This document shows positions 41,165 through 52,701 of a DNA stretch of 64,000 bases, piece after piece. The DNA is taken from contig NMRA01000679.1 in NCBI GenBank assembly GCA_002633005.1, forward strand, positions 145,775-209,774, written 5' to 3'. Source of the DNA: Phoronis australis (Eukaryota > Animalia > Phoronida). The position numbers and the translations under genes are program-made. The notes below the pieces were generated by a model. That model searched no databases and was not told where the DNA came from. It saw only the letters and a program-made list of their open reading frames with translations. Position 1 is the stretch's first letter. Each line of letters begins with the position of its first letter.

Positions 41165-41612
41165 CCCCCCCCCNCCCCCCCCCCCATAGCTGCATAGGCA
41201 CTCCAAAACAAAACAATAACCTTTTTACAAAATAATAATTCTCATCTCAAAATAATAAATCTCATCTCAAAATAATAACTCTCATGTAATAATCCAAATC
41301 AACATATATACAGAAAACAAACCACCACAGTCATCACCACGCCTTACTCCCTCCCAGCCTGTACGCCCCATCCCTCATCCCACTGCTACCGCCACAAACC
41401 CCGACTCTCCTCCCCTCCCGATCCACGAATCCATGCCCCGCCCTGAGTTCTATAAAAAGGCCTCATATATCCCTCAACAAATCCCATAACTGTCCCACAG
41501 AAAGCCTCCTCATCAATCCCTCAACCCGGCCCTTTCCAAGACAACAAAACCGCTTGTGATCTCCTCCATCACCTACCCCTCGGCACCGCCCATCCTAACT
41601 CTCTACAAACCC

Positions 41613-42098
41613 TCACAACCTCCCTAAAATCCGCATCCCCCAACTCTCCAAAATCCCGGCCCTCCATTTTCCACATGTCCTAATCACCGCCAAATCCCCA
41701 CTTTCCACCAACACCTCCCCCAACTGACGAACCAACTTCAAAACAAAACCCGATTCCCTCCTATATACACACCTCGGCAAATGCCAAAAGCGAACATGTG
41801 CCCCAATATCCTCCCCAACAAAACAACATCCAGCCCACTGACACGCCTCTGTCCAAACCAACTTCCTCCCCGTAAACCACTCCTCAACCTCCCCCAGCAA
41901 ACCCACCAAACCTTCAGCCTTCACCTCCCACTCACTGTTCCCCATTCTCCGAGTCAACGTCCTGAACCTCACCACCAACCTTCTTGCCATCTCCCGCCCC
42001 GGGTCCCCTTCAACTAGCCTCGAAATCACCTTAAATGGTTCGACTAACTGCTCCCTCCTCAAAGCTGCCGTCAACTCTTCGACCACACGTTGAGCCAT
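41613..42098 (-). CDS. Putative extra ORF3 of Gypsy element 2 with a C2H2-like zinc motif; function unknown
   Basis: ATG lies 1 nt after the pol stop (TAG G ATG). 161 codons open, including CQWAGC-x9-HVRFWHLP. Confidence 0.5.
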   Translation of the reverse strand: MAQRVVEELTAALRREQLVEPFKVISRLVEGDPGREMARRLVVRFRTLTRRMGNSEWEVKAEGLVGLLGEVEEWFTGRKLVWTEACQWAGCCFVGEDIGAHVRFWHLPRCVYRRESGFVLKLVRQLGEVLVESGDLAVIRTCGKWRAGILESWGMRILGRL

Positions 42099-42099
42099 C

Positions 42100-45000
42100 C
42101 TACAAATAATCATAACCATCATTACGGCATATAGGACAGATATAATCTTCCATATCACGCAACTCCTATTCATTAGCTCCAATATACCGGGCATGAAACC
42201 ACTCGGAACATCCATCACACTGTACAATTGAAGTCCCATCATTGGGTTCTCTACAAATGCAATACAATTTACCTGTAACCCTTCCATCTGCCCACCTAGC
42301 CATAACTTCTGAATCGTCCCTTACCTTTTTTACCCACCAAGGTAACTTGCACTCTAGCCATTTACACTTTTTTATTCTATAATGATTAACCACTACCGCT
42401 CTATCCCTGGTCTTTACCCGAAACACATAATCTGACAATTTAGTCACAATAATAGCCGGCCCATTCCAACATGGCATCAACTTTTTACACAACCTAGGAT
42501 CTTTACAAACTCTCTCATCCAACAACATCACCACTTCCCCTACCAGGAAACCCAATCTGTTAGTACTAAGGTCGTAGTCTCTCTTCATAATCCCCTGACT
42601 AGCTTTGAGAGCATTCCTAGCAATCTCATGTACCTCACTCAGAACCGTCCCCAACTTAGTCACATAATCCACCTCACTCATTCTTCTCTCACCATCCAAC
42701 ACCGACGACTCCGGAAACACTAAATCAGCCGGGGAACTTACATCACGCCCCAACATCAACATGTTCGCGTAAACCCCGTGCTCCTGTTGACAGACGCTCT
42801 CATCGCACCAGCTAATTGGGGTAAAAATAAATCACAGTCCCCTTGATGCTTATCAACATAACATCTAAGCGCATCCATCAGTGTTCTGTTAAATCGCTCC
42901 ACCTGACCATTACAAGATGGCCGATATGCAGTCGTCCGACTCTTATGAATGTGCAACAATTCACATATAGACTTGAACAACGTATTCTCGAAATTAGCCC
43001 CTTGATCACTCATAATATTCAAAGGGAATCCAAAGCGACTAAAAAACTCATTAACTGCAGCCCTAGCTGTCACCTCGACCGACTGAGATGGCAACGGCAC
43101 ACATTCAACCCACTTCGTAAATTGATCCACCAACATTAACACATATTCATTCCCTCTCTCCGTCCTGCTTAAAGGCCCTAAAAATCAACAAGCACTCTCT
43201 CCATAGGAACACCAGCATGAAACTGAGTCATCGGAGCCTTGGCCTTTCTGCTCGCTTTTTCCCCAGACTACACTGAACACATTCCTCCACATACTTCCGA
43301 ACATCATTGCTCATCCCATACCACGTATATCTTTCCTTAATCTTAGCCAACGTCCTCACTACCCCCTGATGCCCAGCCAATGGAACATCATGATACAAAC
43401 GCAACACCTGACCTTTTGATGCCTCTGGAATCACTATTACCAGTTCCCCCTTCTTATTCCTCTTCATTAACAATCCTCGTATAACCTGATATCTATCCTT
43501 ATCAACCAAAAGTTTCTTTTCGTCTCTACTCAGCAGAAACATATCCCCTTTGTCCAACGTCGTACCTTGTAATAACCACTCCCTAAGATTCCTCAATCCA
43601 ATATCCTTTTCTTGTTCTACTATTAAGCACCCTTCCTAAATATTGTCAAGCACCGAGTTATTATTCACTTGAGCATTTTGTCTCGCCATCGTATACTCAT
43701 TACCTCCATTTCCTACCCGAAACACTTCATAATCTTCCATACACTCAATACATAACCCCGACCACTCACCTTCAACCTCTCCGACTTCCCGAACCTTGGT
43801 AGATCCCGACCTACTAGCCAAAGGCACTACATCATTAACTTGCGACTCAAAGTTAGCCCATTTCTGACTCGCTCTCACACAATACCTACAGCCTCCACAC
43901 GGCAAATCCTTGACATCGACCTCCGCCTGATAATATCCACATTTATCTTCTTCCACAAATCTAGACAAAACATCCGCATTCACATGAGCCTTACCTGACC
44001 GATATATAATTTCAAAATCATATTGGCTCAATTCTTCTATCCAACTTGCCAACTGATCCCTCGGTTCCTTAAAATTCAAAAGCCACACAAAACTATTATG
44101 ATCAGTCCTTACCGTAAAACACTTCCCCCAATAAGTAATGTCGAAACTGTCTCACAAACTTAAGAACAGCCAACAACTCTTTCCGTGTAGTACAATATCT
44201 CTTCTGCTCCTTAGTTAACGCCGCACTTCCATATGCAATTACTCTTTCCATCCCTCCTTCAACCTGAATCAGTTCACCCCCCACCGCGTAATTGGATGCA
44301 TCAACATCAAGAACAAACTGATCCTCACGATTTGGCAAAGATAATACTGGTGGTGACGTTAACTCTTTCTTCAACATATCAAAAGCCTCCTACTGAATAC
44401 CACTCCACACATACTTCTGTTTCCCAGTTATCAAGTATAAAGGAGCTGCCATCTCTGCAAAATTCTTGATAAACATTCTATGATAATTACAAAAGCCCAA
44501 AAATTTTTCCACGTCTTTGGTAGTCTCAGGTTTCTTCCACTCCTGTACCGAAGCTACATGCTCTTCACCCACAAACAGCTCATTCGCTCTAACCTGCCGA
44601 CCCAAAAAAGTAACCTGTCCCTTAAACAGCTCGCATTTCCTAGGCTTTAGACGAAGTCCATATTTTCTAAACCTTTCCAACACTAACTTAAGATTAGACA
44701 AATGATCATCCATCGACGAGCCTACTACTAAAACATCATCCAAGAACGCGATCACCTTCTCCCACAAAAGACCATCCAACACCAAAGACATGCTCCGAGA
44801 GTATGTCGCCCCACTATTCTTCAATCCAAAGGGCATCCGAACAAACCCTCTTTAGTCAAAAAGGCAGTCTTGTGTTCATCCCCCTCCTTAACTTTTACCT
44901 GATAGTACGCCGAATTAGCATCCAATTTACTATACAAACTACTTCCTGCCATCGAATCAATACATTCCTCAATCAGCGGAAGAGGGGTAGTATCCCTCTT

Positions 45001-46130
45001 AGTCACTTTATTCAATTCCCTATAATCGACCGCATACCTAATCGACCCATCTCTTTTCCTAACAATAACTGGAGCACTCGCATACTCCGAAACTGACCTC
45101 CTAATCATTCCCGCCTCCAACATCTTTTTCAAATGTGCTCTTTCTTCATCCACAAACTCTATAGGAGTCCGTCTCATCCTTAACTTAACAGGCCTGGAAT
45201 CTCCCACATCTTTCTCATGTTTAATAGCTTCAAAGCTTCAAATCAAAATCACCCTTGGCAAAAACGTCTTGATACTCTACTAATAGCTCTTTCACCTTTA
45301 ATGCGTTTTCCTCCGACATATCTACCACAGACCGGGCATACAATTCTCTAATATGCTCCGGAACACCCTCCTTATCAACCTGAACCTCCACTTGACACAC
45401 CTCCACGTGGTCATCAACCTCACCCCCGACCATCGCAACCACTTCATTGGCTCTCACCACTTTAGATACATTAGCAAAATTAACTATATGTACCCATACT
45501 TTACCAGCTTCGACCACACAAAGTTCCTGTCTCACCATCACCCTGACTCTTTGACTGGCCGAATACATCCTCTACCATTATACCCCTTCGTTTTACCACA
45601 AATCGCCTTAACCGACATGGGAGGAATCACCACCCGCTTAACTGAACAAACCACCTCCTCTTCAACAGTCCGTTCCACACCCCCATGCCCCTTAAATATC
45701 CGACAAGAATGCCTCCCATCTTTCACAACTAACTTCTTGAAGTCCAAAATTAAACCATTCCTTCTGATCACATCCAACCCCAAAAGCATATCATCCTCAA
45801 TCGGCGCTACATATAACCTACTACCGTATACCTTACTACCCATGTGCAGGGATACCATCTCTGTCACATACCCTCCCATATCCAAATCTCTCCCAGCCGT
45901 ACTCATTTTAAGCGCTTTAACAATCTTACGTTTACAAGGCAACGAGTTGTACAACTTATCAGACACCACCGTAACCTGAGCGCCACAATCCAATTCTGCC
46001 TGACACTTCTTGCCTCCCACCACCACCTCCACAAAACACGTCTTATCGGCACTAACTCTTTTTACCTCCAACTTCACACTATCTTCTTCTCCGACTACAC
46101 CTATATCTCTCCAACCAATCACCTCAGTCT
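42100..46130 (-). pseudogene. pol of Gypsy element 2 (PR-RT-RNase H-integrase-PHD), frameshifted
   Basis: LDCGA; YAVDYRELN; MPFGL...FLDDV; LDVDAS; H-H-C-C zinc domain; VDQFTK/SDQG/VERFN DDE triad; C-terminal YCIC...CDGCSEWFH...CPIC. Confidence 0.92.
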
Positions 46131-46172
46131 CCGCCCTTTTAACCAGACCCTTAAAATGGATTGAAGGTCGGT

Positions 46173-47692
46173 CTAATTCTCAGATCCCCTGCAGTTTAAA
46201 GCACCACTAGCACCACAACTTTCATTTCTACTCATATTACTTCTTCGTACTTCCACCTGATCTTCTCTTCCATCAACGCTACCTTCATCTCCGCTACTAT
46301 GGGAATCCTTACCCGAACGTCGAATACTTTTATTACTCTTCACCTTCTGACAATTTCTCGCCACATGACCAAACGCACCACACACAAAACATCTTATATT
46401 CGGACCTCCTTCTCTTACATTTCTTGACCTGTTCCCCGGTTTCGACCAGCATTCATCAGCCTTGTGACCCACTCTACTACATATCTGACACCGCACATCC
46501 CTGGGCACTCCTTTCACCCGATTCTTACCGCACTCTCGACTGAAATGCCCCAACTGTCCACACGTATAACAACCCTCGCTAGATCTAGATGTAGAAGAAT
46601 TTATCTTCTGCTTCAATTCCTCCAACTGCCTCAAAATCTTTTCCATGACCTCCTCACTATCACCCCAAAACCCTCTTTTTGAACTTTCGGTGGATCACCC
46701 ACCAGACGAGGCCCATTTTTACCCAAGATTGCCCTTTTTACCTGCGTTTGCATCTGTAACTTCAAAACTGCCTCCTCTAACGAAACTGGCTGCATCATGG
46801 CTACGTTCAACCCTGCCTCCTTATCCCACGATCCGTAGCACAACCTCAACACCGCCTGTCTCATCATGTATTCCTCTGGCACCCCCCTAAACGCCTTACT
46901 TGCCATACTCCATACCCTATCGCCCCATTCATGAACCGACTCCTCCTTACCTTGCACTAAACCCATGAACTCTAACTGAACTATCTCTGGTGACCACAGC
47001 GAGCTAAATCTCTTCTCCAATTGCGTGCAAGCCTCAAAATATGTACTTTCCCCGTTCCGTTCTAAATACATAGTCAAAAACTCTCCCGCCGCACCCTCCA
47101 AACAAAAAATCAAATTATCTAGACACTCTCTATCCGACCATCCTTGCCCAACAGCATACCTATTAAACTTCATATGAAATGCCGACCAACTAGACTTACC
47201 ATTATACGTCATACTTCTCACTCCCAGCATCTTACCTCTACCACTATCCCTCTGTCCTTGTCTGCTCCTATCACTCCGCTTACTTGTAACCTCACGTCTA
47301 CCCCATTGCAGATCCTCGTCTTCCTGCTCGCTCCCCTCTACCCCACCTTTAAATCGCCAGGACCGCTCGTCTCTCACACCTTTCACACTCAAAGTACGCA
47401 CCCTCTCCTTACTCCTCACCTCATCCTCACCACTCCCCGCAAAATCCACCGTATCAAAACTAGGTAACGCCTCCACCGGTGTACTATGCCCCATCTGGTC
47501 CCTCTTCGTATTCACAAACTCTAACGCCACACCCCTTTTGTCCAGAACTTCACTTCTAACCAAACACTGTTTTAAAGTAATCAACTGTAACCTAACCTCA
47601 TTATCCAAAAATTCCGCCTTCTCCAATGCCGCAACCGATAACCCTCTCAAAGTATTTATAATACAGACAATATCCTCCTGTTCTTCAGCCAT
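46173..47692 (-). pseudogene. gag of Gypsy element 2 (one frameshift)
   Basis: YNGKSSWSAFHMKF capsid-like region, then three CX2CX4HX4C knuckles (CYTCGQLGHFSREC, CQICSRVGHKADEC, CFVCGAFGHVARNC). Confidence 0.9.
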
Positions 47693-47900
47693 TGCAGAAA
47701 AAAAACACTATCCACGTATTATTTACCTTGTCAAAATTCAAACCACACCCCTTTTCCCGCCACACACTATAACTGAACAATATTCCCAACAAAACACAAA
47801 AAAACGATAACCGAATACAAATCCCTTTCCTTTAACATACCTAAAGCATATCTTTAAAGTATAAACCTATACCGTCACCATTTCGCTCCTGACACCAATC

Positions 47901-48055
47901 TGTAGAATGCTTACCTGAACAATAACCAGAGCACCAGCTTGAAACGTCCGATCAGACTCAAGAGTAGACCCGGAGTGGCCACTCAACCAAACAATAAACC
48001 ACAACCGAGGCCACTCGGTCAGCATCGGAGAAGTCCGTAAATATTACCCACCATA
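47901..48055 (-). repeat. 5' LTR of Gypsy element 2
   Basis: Differs from 41004-41164 by 2 substitutions and 2 small indels (2 and 4 bp). PBS at 47886-47897 on the minus strand. Confidence 0.93.
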
Positions 48056-49436
48056 CTTACACTAATTTGGATTTTCCGTTCATTGAATTTACAGACATCT
48101 GTGACGAGTTCTTGGACAGTAAAGTTTTATATTATCTTCAGTCTTTTCCAAATGCTGGTAAGTTTGAGAATTATCTTACTCTGAATAACTTGCAGTTCCA
48201 TCTACTGCTCGGACAAGTTAATGTATATAGCTCGTTCCGAACTTAGGCAATGTGTGTTTTTCGCAAATGTTTTTGATTGTGTTATGATTGTGTTATGGAC
48301 AAATATTCCTTACTTTTTCGATAAGTGTATTTGTGTATAAGTAGTACAATAATGTCCCTGTTAATACAGAGGGCTTTTGAATTGTGAAGGCCGGGTGAAA
48401 ACTGAACAAATTGTATGTAAGGTTCTTAAAATGAAGTTGTAAGCCTATTTACCTGGGAGATTACAGGAAGCATCAAATGTTACTGGTTGAGGGTGATCAA
48501 TCGAAATTTTAATGTGCCTCGCCTTACATGTGAAGTGTTTGGAAAAATACAAAAACAATGCATTACATTGTTTTACGTAATGTACGCGATAGGTCTATCA
48601 TTATAGGTTTGTTCCACGCCATTGATGGAAACAAGAGTCATATGCCCACTTAACGGCTTGGGAATTAAGTTATGACGTTTGGCTTCTGTTATATAACCAC
48701 GACATTGTGCGTGAAATGCGAACACAGTACTCCTTTTCCTGTCTGCTCAGTTCACACCACCTTGTTGCAGTTTTATCATTATACAACCTTGTGCATAAAA
48801 GTTATGAACTTTGAAGTGTAGACGGGTGAAATTGTATTGACCTTTATGTTGAGATATTTCAGAGATGTAGCCTTCAAAGTTTGGAGTATTCATTTTCCTT
48901 TATCCGCTTCTTATTTCGTCTAGGTTTCAATGCAGCCCATGGATACTTGAAGTCTGCGGGCGTAGTTGTCCAGAGGAGCAGGGTGAGAGACGTCATGCTG
49001 CGTGTTGACCCACAAGGTAGACAGCTTAATTAATGCTCTGCGACGACGTATAAGACGGAGGGTGTATAATGTTCGATCTCCAATGGCATTATGGCATATT
49101 GATGGTAACCATAAATTAATCAGGTGAGAAAACACTTTGTGAATACAAAAATAGTAAGAAAAGCCATTCATTCTCATCCATTACACTTGACAGAAGCAAG
49201 CCCTTACTTTTTTGAAATTGTCACAGGGACACGCCTCATCTTTTGCTCTCAAAATGGCCATGTTCCGAAAACTAAGATTTTTTTGAAAATCTGTGACACT
49301 GCTTTATCACTACAATCTCCTGCGTAACGTTTGACCTATTTTTGCGAAACTTCATTGGTTAGAGTAAAATTAAACGCTTTTAAACTTTTGTCCATTAGAG
49401 ACACTGTTAACACTCAACATAATATTAAACCAAAAC

Positions 49437-49730
49437 AGTGGCGGATCTGGGATATCATAAGGGGGCCCCCAACATTGTGCCTCGGGGAATCGCACAAAAT
49501 AAGATTGGGCGGACGCACCCAGTTTAAAATACAGGCGGGGGGCTCGAATTTCTGAGGTTATTCAAGACTAAAGAAAAAACGAAACCGATCGCGACGGCAC
49601 CGGCCCACCCCACACACACAATCTGAAACTTGTTAAATCTTCTTTCAGCCGCATGTTAACTACCGGGGTTGGTTAGTGAACTCAATATTTCTTCACGCTC
49701 TTGCTGTTTTATTTTTTTCCGGCAGCCAAA
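49437..49730 (+). repeat. hAT-like MITE fragment; inverted relative at ~17375-17637
   Basis: CAGTGGCGGATCTGGGATATCATAAGGGGG matches the reverse complement of 17611-17637. Internal similarity 49646-49728 vs 17377-17460. Confidence 0.6.
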
Positions 49731-51578
49731 CTATGATTAGGGCAATTACAGAGGGCTTGTAAATGAAATGGTGCCAGTTTTTCAATATTGTGCCTTTGAA
49801 GTATCCAATGCAGAGATATATACTGACAAAGCAGCACCAAAAAGTGGAAAAAAATCCAGGGTTTACAATTCTGTTGCCACTGAAAGCGCTTTTTGACCAA
49901 ATATATTGTTTTCGAACTACAGTCGAGATGTTTTATGACTTTTCATTGTTCTTGCCTTTCAGATGGAGGTTTGTAATTCATGGTGCTATAGATGGGTACA
50001 ATCAGCTTGATCGTGTACCTGAATAGTTGCACCAACAACCTATCTACAACAGTTCTACAGTTCTTTGAACAGGCTGGGGATTGCCAGCTAGAGTGCGTGC
50101 TGACAAGGGTGTGGAGTACAGAGATGTCGCCCACTTCATGCTTTCGCATCCACTGAGAGGACCCGGGCGAGGAGCATTCATTGCAGGCCGCTCAGATCAC
50201 AATTCGAGAATAGAGAGGTTATGGAGAGATGTTTATGAAGCGGTTTTATGTGAATTTAAAGACATTTTTCATTATCTTGAACAGACTGGCGATTTACAAT
50301 CAGACCATGAAATGGCATTAGCCACCCTTCATTTTGTTTTTGTGCCACGAATCAACAAGTTGGATCTGTTTGTGAATATGTGGAACAATCACAAAATATG
50401 AACAGCACAAAGCAAGACCCCTTTGCAGCTGTTTCTACGGGGGATGACTGGCGGTGCACCTGAAGCGGTTCAACAGGAATACTTTTCGGGTACGGTAGGT
50501 TCCCTCCTTATTTTAAGTAGATGGCTGCCCATTCTTGATCCAGCAATCCCTCAGGTCATCTAATGTTGTTGTGTTCACAGGAGGCGGATTGGAGGGAACG
50601 TGCATGTGCAAATTATGTTCATCTGTTACATTTCTCGTAAACTAGAAGCAAAAGCAGGTTTATTTACTTTTTTGAATTTCAATGGATTCTTTGCAATTGT
50701 TATTTATATAATACATGTATATTTGTAGGTAACACCCTTTGGCTTTGACCCACATGGCCCATTTCCTGCAGATGATAATGAAGGTGTGTTTGTACCAGAA
50801 GTAGACATCACAACTCACCCCATTCTGGAAGACTTAACCTTGAACCTTGCCCAATGAAGACCAAGACTGATGGAGCATAGAGTCCTATAAACACGTTATG
50901 CAAAGTATTTCTGAAAGAACTGGCACTGAAAAAAAGTCCTCTGGTTAAAGAGTGTAAACTATTAAAAGAGCAACGTTAAATCTACAGCACTAAACACAGA
51001 CGTTGCATATTTTTATAAGTTTCTATTTTTCGTGGGCTGTAAGCTAGAATTGGCTGCTTTTTTAACGAAGTACATTTTCATCTGTATTAAAAGTTACCCA
51101 AAATAAAGTCTTTGTTTAGATGGACGGATTCAGTATTGATATGAATTCGTACTATTTTTAAAAAGCTCAACTGAAGTGCATGCAAAATGAAACAACCGTG
51201 GCTAATTTCAAGAACATTTACTTTTTTCCAATGGTTTACAATCGTATTGATTAACAAAGCAAGTGGGTATGTTGCCGTGTGGCGTCAAAGCGTACGCGAC
51301 ACGAGCTGATCGCCATTGTTTCAAAATACTGCTATTTTTATTTTGGTGATATTTTAAAAACTAGTGGACGTATAGGTGTGAAATTTTCAAGATGTTTTTG
51401 AAAAAGAATGCGTTTTCGTTTTCATAAAATATTAAAATCATAAAATATTGGGATATTTTGACTTATTAGTCTGAACCACGGCTACGCTTTTAGGACACCT
51501 GTACATGTATCGGTGAAAATGGCGAATAAGATTACGTAGTCGTTAGAATGGTGTATCTCAAAAACCGCACCACGCATT

Positions 51579-52701
51579 CACAGGCGCTTGGGTTTATCGC
51601 AAATGACGTCACTCAATAATATATATAAGAAAACATAAAGGTTGGACACTTAAACTTTGACAAGCCGAGGCTCCCAACTTCAACCGTCCAAAATCCAAAT
51701 AAAATCTGCGTGCACCTCCCTCAGTCTGGTGTTGCATAAACCTTCGAAGCCTTGTCTTTCCTAGATCCCATTAACTGTCTTCGTGAGTGGTGAATTGGCG
51801 ATGGAATTTCCAAAACAAACTCAAAACTATGAATTCAAGGACCTGAAATAGTAAACATGGCGGATTTCAGTTGTGCTTCAACTTGTACGCCTGTCGTAGG
51901 TGAAACTTAGAGTTTGAGCAAGCAACCTATATTTCAAATTCAATAATTCTAATCCAAAACTCAACTAATTGAGAATGTTAAAGTTAGTATTTTAATGATT
52001 ATTTGTAACTTTATTCCACTGACGGCTCATTTTAGCCCTTAACTTAAAATTTTATTACATAAACTGGCGTATCTTGTTTCTCAACTTGACATCACGCATT
52101 TTTTTGATTGAAGCACAACACAGACTCGGCCAGGAAACGCAGTCCGTGCAAGAATTACAATGCGCGTGGCCGACGAGTTAACTCAATGGTTTTGGCCAAA
52201 AGTAAAACCTTCATAGGAAATCACAGTACACAAAAAACTTCGCATATCAATACAGTATCAGGATAATTTATATTTGACACAAATATGTGAGTAATTACAT
52301 TTATTTGGCAATAAGGTGCTCTCTGCTTCTCATGATCAAGTAGTCGATGGATTGACGGCGAAAGCCGCGCGAAATTAGACTTTCGGATTTAGCTCGGGAG
52401 CGTCCGTCAAAACCCGGATGTGCGAAGACTGTCTGCCATGACATCACGGAATTAGGTCCTTGAATTTGTGATTTTGGCATTCTTTTGGCATTTCTGTCGC
52501 CAAATCACCACTCGAAGGCAATTTGAAGAGATCAAATGAAAGAAGGTATTCTAAGAGTTGTTCGATGCTAGTTTCGTGGAGTTCCATGCACATTTGAGTA
52601 GAAAATTTTTAGGAAACAGATTTCGAGTGTCCAACATTTATGTTTGCTTATATAATATATATTATTGAGCGACGTCATTTGCGATAACCCAAGCGCCTGT
52701 G
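51579..52701. mobile_element. MITE with long TIRs and an 8-bp TSD (P-element-like CACAG termini)
   Basis: TSD CACGCATT at 51571-51578 and 52702-52709. ~75-bp TIR beginning CACAGGCGCTTGGGTT, plus an inner inverted pair (~51780-51845 / 52454-52515). Confidence 0.85.

Larger units (their letters stand above)
41004..48055 (-). mobile_element. Ty3/Gypsy LTR retrotransposon with PHD-finger integrase and an extra ORF
   Basis: LTRs 41004-41164 and 47901-48055, 4-bp TSD CTTA. PBS TGGTGTCAGGAG (tRNA-Leu type) next to the right LTR and a poly-G PPT next to the left LTR. Order is Gag (3 CCHC), PR (LDCGA), RT (FLDD), RH, IN. Confidence 0.96.
40933..50930 (+). pseudogene. Intron-containing IS3/IS481-like (IS3EU-type) DDE transposase, interrupted by Gypsy element 2
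   Basis: Exon 40933-41003 plus 48060-48157 (HTH: YGFTVKEISNFYMVSPRTINYRL...FPNAG). Exon 48924-49123 (VQRSRVRDVMLRVDP...RRVYNVRSPMALWHIDGNHKLIR). Exon 49963-~50490 (WRFVIHGAIDGY...RVRADKGVE...HNSRIERLWRDV...WNNHKI). Exon 50729-~50930 (FGFDPHGPFP). GT-AG boundaries; stops and frameshifts. Confidence 0.88.

Noticed and set aside
41165-41186. Poly-C run containing an N
   Set aside because: This is the polypurine tract of Gypsy element 2 on the minus strand; its length is unreliable due to sequencing.
44233-47810. Several plus-strand ORFs (up to 208 aa) antisense to Gypsy element 2
   Set aside because: Shadow ORFs caused by C-rich strand bias; no recognisable motifs.
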